NCBI GenBank assembly: GCA_004431415.1
Contig: QPMI01000444.1
Location: 1 to 64,000, forward strand
DNA: 64,000 nucleotides
From: Cyanophora paradoxa CCMP329
Lineage: Eukaryota; Plantae; Glaucophyta
Direction of reading: 5' to 3'
Shown here piece by piece: positions 22,916 through 35,008 of this stretch (position 1 is the stretch's first letter; each line of letters opens with the position of its first letter). The translations under genes and the position numbers were made by a program. The notes beneath the pieces are model-generated. The model made no database searches. It was not told where the DNA came from and worked only from the letters and a program-made list of their open reading frames with translations.

Positions 22916-25060
22916 CTAGTACTCGGTGACTTCGAGGGGCAAGGTCGGGGGAAGCAGGCCTAGCAGTGCGGCCCGCGTCTGCTCCTGGCGCCCCTTGGCG
23001 ACCACGGCCTGCGGCAGTTCTCAGCGGGCCGAGCGCGCCGGCGGGCGGCAGAGGGCCCAGCGGCAGGGCGCACCGTGAGGGAGTAGCGGGCTGCGTGGGG
23101 GGCCCGCCCCAGCGCCGCGAGCGGCTGGAGGCTCTCAGAATCCGGCAGGAAGAGCCGCAGGGAGGCGCGCCGCAGCCCGGGGGCACCCCTCGCGACCTCC
23201 TGCGGCGCGCGTCAGGGCCGGATCCAACGCCGAGGGCCCTGAAGGGAGGGGGGCACCTCGAGGAGCTCGGCGGGCGGCAAGGGACACGCGAGGGCGAGCC
23301 GCGTGAGCGCCGGGCGCGCGCCGCGGAGCAGGGCCGCCATCGCGCCGAAGTCCAGCGGGGGGAGGCTGGGCTTGCGGGAGGGGCCCGCCCAGGAGTTCGG
23401 GCGGGCGAGCCCGGCCCGTACCCTCGCCAGGTACCAGGGGTTCGGGCCCCTTGTCTCCGCGCTGCGGAAGTGAGCGTCCACTATGAACAGTTCAAGCGAC
23501 TCCAGCCGCGTCGCCCGCGCCAGCGCCGCGGCCGCCGCGGTCAGCAGGGCGCCCCCGCGGCTCGTCTCGGCGGTGGTCACGTAGTCCGGCAGCTGCGGGC
23601 GGGGCGTTGGCCGTCGCCGGCGCGCGAAGCCGGTGAGCGAGCGGCGGAGGCGGACCTGCAGGGAGAGGCGGAGGTGCCGCAGGTCCGCAAGGTCCGCGAG
23701 GCAGGGGAGGAACGGCGCGGCGGAGGAGAGGAGCTGCGCGATGGGCGCGGTGGGTGAGAGGGATCCGAAAGCTCGAAGAAAGCTCGAGGCCATACCCCCA
23801 GGGATAGGCTGCGAAGGTTCTTGAAGGCGGCGAAGCTCTCGCGGCAGGAGCGGGCGTCGACGAGGGCGAGCGGGAGGGTGCCCCAGACCGGGTCGCCCGC
23901 CAGCACCTCGAGGGAGGCGAGCTTCCCGCCCGCGAGGCCGGCCTGCAGCGCGGACAGGAGCGTCTCCCCGCACTGGTGCGCGTCCGCAACGACGCGCAGC
24001 TCCTGCAGAGACGCGATCTTGGCGAGGGGTGCGAGCTCCAGCAGGCGTGCGGGGCTCGTGGCCTGGACGTCGACGGCGCGCAGGCCAGGCCAGCCACTGG
24101 CCAGCCGTTCCTGCGCGAAACTCGACGCGGCGCAAAGCGCCGCGCGGATCGGAGCGCACCCAGAGGCCCTGGCTCGCCAAGTCGAGGGCGTTGCGGGCGG
24201 ATTCGATCGTGAGGCAGCGGGTGGTCGCGCAGGGGAGCAGCGCGATCAGGAACAAAGCGGCTAATTCCTTCCGCGATCCGATGCTCCGCGGCGTCGGCGT
24301 CAGCGTCGTCGTTGAACGCTGGTCGTCGTGGCCCGAAGAGGATCCGAAATACACTTCGGCTTCTCCGAATGCCTTGGAGAAGATGACGTGCTCTAGAGCG
24401 CCCGAGGCCGCGAGCGCTGCGAGCAGAGCTGCCGCGAATCGATCAGCAGTGTATGGCGCGGCGGCCGCAACGTCAACGCGCGCGGCCCCGCGGCCGCGGC
24501 GCCGGCGCTGTCACGGCGCTGCGCGTGACGGCCAGACGCGGGCGCTCACCCGTGGACGATGTCCAATAGTTGTTCAGTTCGGCGCTCTCCTCCGCTGACA
24601 GGGCGTTCCGATGCGCGCGCGCGAGGAAGTCAAAGATCTCCCTGCTTTGGGGGCCGCCGCCAATTGAGACACGCCGGGCTCCCTTCGACGCTCCCTGCTT
24701 CAGCTGTCCCGTCAGCCACTGCAGGAACCCAGTACGGTTGCGGCAGAGCTGCAGAGGATCGCTCGGCTGCGCCGCGTCCACCCGCGCTGCGAGCTCGAGG
24801 CGAAGCTCATCGAACTCGACGCTGGTCAGCAGGCGCCTCCAGCGGCGATCCAGCGACCAGAGCTTGCTCCTCTCGTACGCATCGACGAGCTCCAGCCTGC
24901 TGAGGATTCGCGAGAAGAGCTCGTCGGGCAGCTGGTCGAACGGGTTCTCCGTCCCTTCGTCCCCCGTATCGGCTACATGGGGCCCTTGCGGCGCGACGGG
25001 AGGTGCGGCTGGGGCGTCTTCCAGCTGCAGGCGCGCGCGCTTCGCGGCTGGCGGCTGCAT
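22916..25060 (-). CDS. Multi-exon F-box protein with Leu-rich C-terminal region
   Basis: MQPPAAKRARL (NLS-like); F-box NPFDQLPDELFSRILSRL..LWSLDRRWRRLL; LRR-like LADLRHLRLSL, LESLEL, LTRLAL; last exon ..LPLEVTEY*. Confidence 0.8.
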
Positions 25061-25101
25061 TTGCTGCTCAATGTCTGCCGTCAGAGTGTACCCCCCCAGT
25101 C

Positions 25102-26294
25102 AGAGTGTACCCCCCAGTTAGCTTAAGGGGGGGCACTCTCTAGTTTTCATGGGGCATCCATCCATGCGCCGGCATTTGGGACAATTGGCGCACTCTAAGG
25201 AGCCCGGAGCTGCAACAATCCTTGTTCTAGCATGAATAATGATTGTAGGCACGCGCTGGAGGGCCGGCGCCGCCGTTTGGGCGGACGCGCGCCGGACCGT
25301 AACGGTCACCTGGAACCGATTGGCCGAAAATGTGTTGGGTACATCGGTATTTGGAGCATCCTGCACTGAATCTTTGTGTTCAGATCCACAGTGAACGTTA
25401 ACTGCGCACTCGCGCCGTAGTGCCAGCGCGGCGACCCGCGCCGCGGATCAAGGCGCTTGGGGGTACACGCAGCCTGACACCGGCTAGCTGGGCGTCAGAT
25501 TTGAACGCGACGTCGACATCTGACGGAGCTCGAGCGTGGAACTTCGCGATCGGGAGCGTAGAACTTCGGAATGTACATCTACAGGTACACGCCGTGGGAC
25601 GGTCTGGTGCGCGTTCGGGCACTGACGCTGTCGGTGCGTTGCGCCGCGTGCACGTGCGCCGCCCACGCGTACGGCCGGGCGCGCGGTGCACGTGGCCATG
25701 GCCAGGCGCCGTACGTGCCGCGCCGCTGTACGCGTGGCGCGTGAGCTGAGCTGACGCCGACGCGGCGCGTACAGAGCCGAAATGACGAAGATGAGTGCAA
25801 GGACGTCGACGTCGACACTGACAGCGAGCCGAGCATCGAGGTGGTGTGGAACCACGAGCCGGACGATCCATATCTTCGCGCCTTGCGGCGGTCCGCAGTG
25901 AACAGCCACGTCCACCACGGCCGGCAGACTATCAGCCAGATCCTGGAGTTGATGCATTTCTCAGCCTCTGGAAGGAGCTCGCCGAGGACGCGGACTGGGA
26001 CCCGGATTTCGCTGCCTGGGTTCGGGAGAAGTTCGTGCCTTAAGTTGTACATCGGTACCGGCCGCGGTGCTGAGTTCGCCGCGCCCGCGCGCCGCGGCGC
26101 CGGCGCCGCACGCGCATATGCATGCGCAACGGGTTCGATGTCGATGTAAGCGGCTTCGACGCTTGGCCCCTGCGGCGATGCAGACATGACTGGATAAAGA
26201 GTAAAAGCTTATGACGTGCGTGCAAACATACCGGGGTGAGGCCCTGGAGCTTGTGGCCATGGTTCCCGCGCTTCATTGCTGGGGGGTACACTCT
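25102..26294. other. Segment bounded by perfect 16-bp inverted repeats (MITE-like element or mirrored cis-motif between divergent genes)
   Basis: AGAGTGTACCCCCCAG at 25102-25117 (a second copy with 7 C at 25083-25099) and CTGGGGGGTACACTCT at 26279-26294. Confidence 0.45.
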
Positions 26295-26628
26295 CCCCCG
26301 GCCTCCGGCCGCTCGGATTTTACCCCACAGCTCGTTCTTAAGCTTGGCCTGCCGGCCAGCTCAAGTATGCAGCTGCTGGCTGCAGCCTGCAGCCTGCAGG
26401 TGCGCGCTGAACGTACACGTAACGCCAGCAGGCTCAGTTTGCATTGACTTTGCAAGTGAATTTCGTCTTGCCGCTTTCCCCCCCCCCTTGAGGGGATACG
26501 CGTGCGAAGCAAGCAGCGGGCCGTCGGAGGCCGATGCGCCTCGTGCCCAACCCCTCGGTAGCTTTCTGGTCTTGATACAGCCTGTGCTGCCCCTGCCGCG
26601 GCGCAACGGCCGGGCGCACCGCTCGAGA

Positions 26629-29600
26629 ATGCGAGCTAGGAGCCGCTGGACCGGCGGGTCTTGCGCGCGCCTCCTTGTGGCGGCCGTGCTCGCGCTTCTG
26701 GTCGGAGCTTGCCGCTCGCAGTCAGGTTCGCAGCCACGTGGGTGCCTGCTGTTGCTCTCCCCCTGTACGAAGGCACGCGTGCAGCACGGCTGTCGCTGCT
26801 GGAACCGGCCAACTTCGCGGTGCTCGTGCATGGCGAGCCCGTGGATCTTGTGTGGTCGGCGGAGAGCCTGGGCCCACGCAACGTGACCATCTCGACTATC
26901 GGTGCGGGTTGACGATTTTGCGGCCATGCCGCCTGCTCGCCGAGTCGCGCCGTCGCAGCGGCGGAAACCTCGAACCAGACAGACCACTTCACCGTGCCGC
27001 AGGACCCCGCGCGCACGACCTACACCCCGAGCACCGATCTTGCGCCGGGCCGGTTCGCCCTGCCTCGCCGCGGCGTCGCGCTGCGGGGCACGAGCGGGGT
27101 CGGCAGATACGCGCTGCAGGTCTTCACGGCCGTCGGCTCAAGCAATATCGGTGCGGGGCCCCGCCTGCTGAGCCCGGCTCGCACGCCGCCGCCCCGCCGC
27201 TCAGCCCGCCGCAGGCGACTGGTCCCTGGTGGCCATCAAGCCCCCGTCCCCCGGTGCGGGCTCCCCGCCCCTAGCTCCACAGCCGGGCTCACGCGGCGCA
27301 TGCGCAGGCGGCGCGGCGGCGATCTTCACGCCCTTCAACGGGGCCGTCCTCGTGTACAACCAGAGCCTCCAGGTGACTGTCGGCTTCTCCAGCCGCGTAA
27401 CCTACGGCACCCACTTCAACATGACCCTCACGGGTACTTTTCCGGCCCCGCCCCCGCCCCGGCCCCACCCTGCCCCCGCCTTCCTGAGGCGTGGGGCAGG
27501 CGACGGCGTGTCGCTGCGCATGTTCTCGTTCCGGAAGCTGCTGGCGGGGACGTGGAACGGGACGTGGACAGTGCCCGACTGGCTCCCGCTGGGCCGCTAC
27601 ACCGTCAACCTCGCCTCCGCCTCCGGGAACCACACCCTGCAGGACTCCGTCCGCGTCCTCGTCTACTACAACTTCCCCAGTCCGAATCCCGGCGGAGCCC
27701 CTTTTCCCTGCTGTTCGCTGGGGTTCCGAGCGGGGCGGGGCGGGCCGCAGACGCGCCGGAGAACGCGCCGAAGGACCCGCTGGGTGTGGCCGCGCTGGGC
27801 ACGGAGACGCCCCGGGGCGAGGACAACCTCTCCTTCTTCCGCATCGCCAGCACCTGGTCCGCGGGGCCGTCGACCTCCTTTCTTTTCTCGCCCCACGCGC
27901 CCCCTCCCGTGCCTCCAGGCCGCAGCTCTCGGTGATGCCCGTGCGGTGGAAGTGGCTCGGCGTCCCCAACGTCGCCGTGCGCCCGGGCCGGCGCTGGCCG
28001 GCGCGCCGCCTTCCTGCGCCCTCCCGCCGCCGATCCGTGCCCCTGCCGCAGATCTCGGTGCGGCTGCGGAGCGACTGCGTGCAGATCTCGCAGTGGGACG
28101 CCTACCGCTACGCCTGCGCCGGTGCGCCCCGCCCGCCCCGCCCCGCCCCGCCCGCTCCGCCCCGCCGCGCCGGCCGACGGCCGCGCCCCCTCCCTCCCTC
28201 CCGCAGGGACGACGTACCTGGCGGCGTACCCCGGGACGTTCTCGGGGATGCTCTTCTGGCTGGTGCCCCGCATCCGCGGCGTCATGTTCCTCGAGGCCCG
28301 CCCCCGGCCCCGCTCCGGCCTTCTCTTCTCTTAGAAGTGGCCGCAGATCTTCGCGACGAGGGGCGGCCTCACCCGCACCGACTCCCTCCAGGGCGCCATC
28401 TGGACCCCCGTGCGCCCCCGCTGCCCCACGCTGCGCTTCGCGCCGCCCGCCCCCGCCGAGTCCCGCCCCCGGCAGTCCTTTACGGTGACGAGCGTGGTGC
28501 CGAGGACCTCCCTGGTCGCCCGCATGAAGCTGCCCGCCCTCAGCTACGACTCGTGGGCGGTGGACGACGAGAAGCCCAACGCCTACCGCCTCGCCCTCAG
28601 CAGCGCCCTCAACGTCTCCGCCGAGCGCCTCAGCATCCTCTCCGCCACCGCCGGCTCCGTCTACGTCGAGACCGAGTTCGCCGCCGCCGGTGCGCCCCGC
28701 CCCGCCCCGCCCGCCGCGCCCCCTCGAGAGGCCCTCCAGACGCCCCGGCTGAGGCCCCGGCCCCTGCTTGCTCGCAGGCTCCGGGCCCTCCGTCTCCGAC
28801 GTGCGGGGCGCGCTGCAGACCGTGCGCCGCCGCCAGTGGCGACCGCCGCCGACGCCCCCGCGCGGCCTGGCTCACTCCGGGGGCGCAGAAGGGCCCCTTC
28901 GACCTGGGGTCGGGCCTGGGGACGGTCGCGCTCGACGCCCTCCTGCAGAACCCGAGCGCCCAGGCCGGCGAGCCCGGCTTCATCGGCTGTGCGCTCCGCT
29001 TCTCGCCCCCGCGCCCCGCGCCCCTGACCGGCCCCGCAGCGGAGGGCGGGGGCCCCACCGACGGCGGCGGCGACGGCGGCGGGGGCAGCCTCACGCCGAC
29101 CTTCAGCCCGCGGCCCGTGTACAACGACAACGCGCGCCCCGCCCCCGCCCTTCCCCTCCCATCTACCCGCCCCGCCCCCTCCTGACGCCGCCCGCAGAAC
29201 AACTCGACGACGTGGGGCCCGACCTTCCTCTCGATCATGGTCGTGGTGGCGATTCTCGGCATCTTCATCTGCGCCGTCGCCACCCGCCTCGCCCTCTACG
29301 TCTGGTGCCTCCGCCGCCGCCGCTCCGGCTTCTCGATGGAGCCCACGGGCACGGACGTCGTCGTCACGGAGGACGGCCAGCAGTACGAGGTCCAGTGGGT
29401 CGGCGGGCGCCCCACCGCCCGCCGGCGCCTCCCGGGGGGGCCCCCCGGCCCCCCGCCCTCCAAGTTCATGAACGCGCGGGGCGGCATCAACGGCTACGCC
29501 CGCGCCCTCGTCGAGTCGCGCACCTTCGGGGAGGCCGACATCGCCACCCGCGCCGACCAGGAGTGCGCCGTTCCCCTGCGGCCCTCCGTCACCCTCGCCC

Positions 29601-30869
29601 CTCCCCTCCACTCGTCTGACGCGGCCCTGGCAGGCGGTGCGCGGTGTGCCTGACGGAGTACGAGGCGGGGGAGCAGATGCGGATCCTGCCGTGCATGCAC
29701 GGGTACCACAAGGCGTGCATCGACACCTGGCTGCACCAGAAGACGACGTGCCCGATGTGCCACTTCGACCTCAACAAGCACTTCCTCGAGCAGGAGGCGG
29801 CCGGCAACCTCGTCTTCAACCCGCCGCCCCCGCGCGCCCGCCACCGCCGGCCCCGCGGCTCCCCGCTCGGGCCCGACGGCGCCCCGCTCGGGTCCGAGGA
29901 GGGCCAGCCCTCGGACGGCGAGCCGGGGGCCCCGGGGCCCGTCCCCCAGGCCGTCGCCCTCTGGGACGCCGGGCCCGGCCCCGGCCCCAGCCGCCCGCCC
30001 CATGCCCCTCTTCGGCTTCCGCCTCGGCGGGCGCCGCGGCCGCCGCGGCCGCCGCGGCGAGGAGGCGGCCGCCGCCGCCGCGGGGCGAGAGATGCAGCCC
30101 GTGCCGCCGCTGTACGCGGGGCGGCGCCCCCGCCGCAGTCGCTGTCGGCGGCGCTCGCGGCGCAGGCGGGCCCCGCCGGGGGCGAATTCCGCACCCTCGA
30201 GAACGTGCGCCTCGACATGGGGCACCCCACCGCCTCGGGCTTCGCCCCCCTCGAGTCGGAGCCGCCCCTACCCCCGACCGGCGCCGTCCCCCCCGCCCCG
30301 GCCGCGACGTGGCAGCCGCTGCCGCCCCTCGCCTCCTTCGCCCCGGCCGCCGGCCCCTCCGGCTCGCGCTACGGGTCGCCGGCGGGCCCCGCGGCGGCGG
30401 CGCCGGCGCGGGAAGTCGCGGGTACGTCGTCGGGGGCGCGCCGGCCCCGCCGCCGGCCCTCCGCGCCTCCGACTTCGGCCTGGACCCGGAGAGCGAGGAC
30501 GAGAGCGACGCCCCCGCCCCGCCCGCCGCCTCTGGCTACGCCAACTTCCCCGCTCCGGCCGCGCCCGCCGCCTCTGGCTACGCCAACTTCCCCGCTCCAG
30601 CCGCGCCCGCCGCCTCCGGCTACGCCAACTTCCCCGCCCCGGCCGCGCCAGCCGCATCTGGCTACGCCAACTTACCCGCCCCGGCCGCGGCGGCGGCGGC
30701 GGCGCCGGGGCGGTCGGTCGGTGGCTACCTGGTGGCGGGCGGTCGCGAGCCGCCGGCCCTCGCCTCGGACCTCGGCGCCGAGAGCGGGGACGAAAGCGAG
30801 CGGGGGGGCGCCACCGCGCCGGCCCCCTCCGGCCCGCAGCCCGTCCGCAACGGCTACATTGTCAGCTGA
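26629..30869 (+). CDS. Multi-exon type I transmembrane RING-H2 E3 ubiquitin ligase with large ectodomain and repetitive cytoplasmic tail
   Basis: Signal peptide RLLVAAVLALLVGACRS; ectodomain with many N-x-S/T sites; TM FLSIMVVVAILGIFICAVATRLALYVWCLRRRR (about 29225-29320); RING-H2 CAVCLTEYEAGEQMRILPCMHGYHKACIDTWLHQKTTCPMC (about 29638-29760); probable 1-nt frameshifts near 30000, 30120 and 30400. Confidence 0.88.
30531..30698 (+). repeat. Coding tandem repeat, 4 x 42 bp (SGYANF/LPAPAAPAA)
   Basis: Units start at 30531, 30573, 30615 and 30657. Confidence 0.95.
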
Positions 30870-31480
30870 GGCCCGCCGCGATCCAGCTGGCCCCTTTTTC
30901 TGCAGTTCTCGCAAGCAGCACGCCCTCTTCGCTTTTAACAAATCCCGCCCCTCCAGGCCCCGGTTTAGCTGAACAGCCATCTTTTTATTTGTAAGTTGTA
31001 ACGCGCATGTATAGCAGTCTATAGCAGTCCTGTGGATTAGCGAGATTTCTATACGTTAAGCACGGTTTGCAGTAAACACGTCTAAGCCTCGAGCGCTCGG
31101 TCGCGGCGGGTGGGGGGAAAGGCTGGTGATGCAATTCGACAAGAAGCAGAGAATAAGAATGTGGAAGACAGAATTGCTATGTCGCGGCTGTACACGTAGC
31201 GGGCAGGAGAGCAGCACCATGCCAGGACCACAGAAATCGTCGCCCGCCTAACCTGCGCAGTTGCAAGGAGCTAAGCATCGAGCGGAACGGCGAGGGTAGC
31301 CAGGAGTCAGGCGAGCCATCTAATACGCGCGGTTAAAGAAGGGGAAAGGCGGCCGATGGGGAAAGATGTGCCAATCCCGATAGAGGAGATCACGTAGAGA
31401 ATCGTGAATCCGTTGGGAGTAAGGATGAGTCGCTCTGCCTGGTTTTTGAGCCAGAACGCCACGTGTGTGGGCGCTTCGAC

Positions 31481-31578
31481 TGGTTTCGCCAGGCGAGAAA
31501 GAGGATAAGAGGGAAAGCGGGAAGATGGCTTCGCCAGGCGAGACTGAGGATAAGAGGGAAAGCGGGAAGCTGGCTTCG
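31481..31578. repeat. Intergenic purine-rich tandem repeat, about 2.2 x 45 bp
   Basis: TGGYTTCGCCAGGCGAGA..GAGGATAAGAGGGAAAGCGGGAAG at 31481 and 31526. Confidence 0.9.
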
Positions 31579-32304
31579 ATCTCGCTAGGAGGAAGCGGCC
31601 TAAATGATATCGTTCTATAGAACGGGCTCAGAGCGATGGACAGACGCGCGCGCTGCGATCCGCGATTCGCGATGGCCCGGCGAGCTCGCGGGCGCACGCG
31701 AGGCGGTCTTGACCAATCCGCTGCGATCCGCGATTCGCGAAGGCGAGCTGATGGGGCACAGGCCGCGCTGCCTCGGCTGCCTCGCAGGCGCGTGTGGCGA
31801 TCTTGCTCACGAAGCGTCTGTACCCCCACACAGCTAGCACCCCCCCTCTGCAGCACATTCAACGATGCGGAATCCGTCGCCTGCTCCCTATCTTCCACCG
31901 CCCCCTCAGGGAACATGTTCGCCGCTCGCCACGCCGCTTGCCACGCACCACACGAACTCACGCTCCCGCAGCTTCGCGCTATGGCGCTGCAGCCGGCGCG
32001 CAGCCGCCGCTCATATCGCCCGGAGCCGCTGGAGCAGCAGTATCATTGTCTGCGCCGCACTGGGCCGGGCGGGAAGGGTGGGCGGAGAGCTCAACCCGAC
32101 CGGTGCGCCCTAGCGATTCGCCGCGAGAGCTCCAAGTTTCCGAATAGCGATTTGCAAGCTTGCGCTTATCAAACGACCCACCCTCCGCCGCGCCCGCCGA
32201 GCAGCAGCTAAGCGGTTTCAAAAGTGCAGGCGCGCGGTCCGGTCCGAACGACCCCTGACACTTGCGCGTAGGTGGTGAACAGGCGGCCGAGCGAGGACGG
32301 GTCG

Positions 32305-33359
32305 ATGCACGGCATCAACACGGGCCCGTCGCTGATGAGCGGGATGGACAAGGCCGGGGCGGCGCGCACGGTGCTGTCGGAGCGCCGGCTGCTCGTCGAG
32401 GTGGTCGCGGCGCGGAACCTGCTCTCCGCGGGCGGGATGTTCGCGTATGTTTTACATTTATTGCTTATTATGCTCCCCGCATCCCGAATCCTCCCCGCAG
32501 CGGAAAGGAAAACAACGGGTACGTGCTGCTGGCCTTCGGCGAGGCCGGCTTCAAGACGCGGACGCGCTTCAACGAGGACCTGCCGATGTGGCGCCAGGAG
32601 GTGCGCCGCCGCCGCCCGGGGCCGCCGCCGCCGCCGGCTGGGGTCGCGAGCGCGCGGCCGCGCAGTTCTCGTTCCGCGTGGAGGCGGGGAGCCTGCTGCC
32701 GGACGGGCGGATGCACCCGCTGCACGTCGAGCTGCGGAGCCAGCGCGGGGAGGCGCCGGCCATGGAGGACCCGCTCCTCGGCTCCATCAACATCGACCTC
32801 AACGCGATGAAGTCCAACGAGAACTACAAGAGCTGGTACACCCTCAGCCTGCCCCCCGGCCGCGTCCGGCCCCCCATGTCCCGCGACGGCGACGTCCAGC
32901 TCTCGGTACCCCCGCGCCTGCACATGCTCTCTGTACCCTTTGCGATCCCTAATTTCCTACTAGATATTTCTTCTGGATTTCCCCAAGCTGCTGGAAGATA
33001 CGCGGAAGGACGAGCGGGAGCGATTCGCAACCAACTCCGCCAAGGCACGTCGCCGCCGTACCCCCCTGCCGCTGCGCCCGCGGGGCCGTAATCGTACCCC
33101 CTCCCCTGCAGACGATGGAGGTACAGCGAGCACTCGAGGCGCAAGTGGTTCAGGTGAGGGGCCCCCCCCGGCGGCCGTCGGGGCGCCCGGAGGGTCGCTG
33201 ACGGGGGCGGGGCAGCTGCGGAGGGAAAACGAGGAGCTGCGGGGCGGGGCGGTGAGCCGGCCGGTGCTGGGCCGGGGCGTGGTGAAGAAGGGCCAGTCCT
33301 CCTCGGGCCCTGCGGACGACGAGGACGAGCGGCAGTGCGCCCAGTGCACGATCTCGTAG
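32305..33359 (+). CDS. Multi-exon C2-domain protein with short coiled coil and C-terminal CaaX box
   Basis: LLVEVVAARNL..YVLLAFGEAGFKTRT..PMWRQEFSF..LLGSINIDL..SWYTL (C2 fold pattern); C-terminus ..VVQLRRENEELR..ERQCAQCTIS* (TAG 33357-33359). Confidence 0.82.
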
Positions 33360-34076
33360 GCCGCGCGCCCCTCCCCCCTAGGCCTCCCGCCCCACCTGCC
33401 CCCGCCCCCGCCTGCCCCCGCCTGCCCCCCCCCCCCCCCCCCCCCTCCCCTTGCCTGTTCATCGCCCGAGTCCCCGGGCCCGCGAATTGGAACAAAACCG
33501 AAGCGGGCCTCGTGGGGACTGGATCCCTGAGCTTTAGCTCGCTCGAGCTCTAGATAGGGGGCCCCGTCCGGCCCCAGCGGGGGGCGGGGGCGGCCCGCTT
33601 CGCTGCCTTAGCCCGCGCTATAGCTACCTGTGTGAAAGCCGGCGTCTCGCGCGAGCTACGCGTATGTTACAGACGCAATATATACGAACTGCGACACAAA
33701 ACTGGGCTGGCGCTACAGCAGCGAGGCGGCGAACCCGCGGCGACGAGTGGACCGAGGCGTAGCGCCGGAGGCTGAGAGAAAGGAGAGTGCTTTCAAAAGA
33801 GGCGGATACGTAAGGCAAGGAGGGTTGGCGTGGCCGCTGCTGGCGGCAACGCTCGGGCTGACGAAGAGAAGGAACAGAGTGTCTCCTGGAATGCGGGCGC
33901 TCCCAGAAGAAGGAAGAGGAATAGAAGAGGAAGACGATGCAGAAGAGCCGAGCGTAAAAGACCGCGGCTCAACAGCCTGGAAACCCGACCTCGGCGCACG
34001 CGGTCAAGCCCGCACAAGGCAGGATCCACGGCCAGGCGGGGGCCGGCGCGGCTAGCTGCGATCTTCCTTGACGCAG

Positions 34077-34745
34077 CTACTGGTTGCGCTTCCGCGAGTA
34101 CGGAGTCGGATTCTGCAAACGGCGGGCAAGGGTCAACGAGGTCTGCAGGTACTCGGACCGCAGGGAAGGCAGCGGACCTGGTTAACGAACGTTGCGATCA
34201 CCTCGTGTTCCTGTAAGCGATCCACGTGAGCAGGTTCCACGCGCCGCGCGCGGCCGAATCCGGAGAACGCACCTCGACCTTTAGCTCGGAGAAGTGCTTA
34301 GACACCATCTGAACCAGGAGGCTCTTCGGACTGTTCGGTGGTACGCTGAGCCTGTAGTGATCGCAGTATCTCCGTAGAGTGCTGCGGGGACGCGGCGACG
34401 CGGCGGTCAGGGGTCAGACCCCGGTCGGAACGCGAACGCGCACGGAGCACAACCGGGAGCGCCCAACCGCGCGAAGCGCGGTGCGTACCTGGCTTCTACC
34501 TTGTCGAAGTTCACGAAAGACAGTCCGTAGCCGTCCTCTCCAAACCTCCTGCGCTTCAGGCCGACTTGCCGAGCTTTCGCGGCGGTCTGGCTAGGAACGC
34601 CCGGCGGGGGACCCGCGCGAGGACGCGGCATATCGTATCCGTTCTCCTTCTTCTTCGCAGGGACGCTGGTGCTTGGGGGCTGCCCCCGAGGCGCAACGTC
34701 GGGGTCCTTCTTGTCCGCGGCAGTCAAGCGCTCACGTTGCCGCAT
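34077..34745 (-). CDS. SAP30: SAP30-like protein (Sin3-binding domain of the Sin3/HDAC complex)
   Basis: Spliced VNFDKVEASTLRRYCDHYRLSVPPNSPKSLLVQMVSKHFSELKVEEHEVIATFVNQ matches the SAP30 Sin3-binding pattern (TLRRY..V..HF....V.E.EVI..F); basic NLS-like LKRRR; start and last exon approximate. Confidence 0.78.
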
Positions 34746-35008
34746 CGCTCTTGCTTCCTGCTGGATCGGGCTGCGATCTACAAAGGTTCCTGCGACGCGC
34801 TGCGGTTTGCTTCTTCCGGTCGAGCTTCGAGTTCGTGGGTACGGCCACCAAGAAGCCGATCGTCGCAACATCTCGGGCGGTCCGGCCGCCGATCGCAGCT
34901 GAACGATCGTGTGCTTAGCTCCTGCAGTCTTTCTAGACGCCCAGATCCCGGCTCTAGCGCCGGCGGGGGCGTTCGCGCCCAGCGCGCCAATCTTGCAGCA
35001 ACGCGTCG

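Noticed and set aside
30531-30698. 42-bp repeats as a CRISPR array
   Set aside because: Contiguous in-frame coding repeats without unique spacers, no cas genes, eukaryotic context
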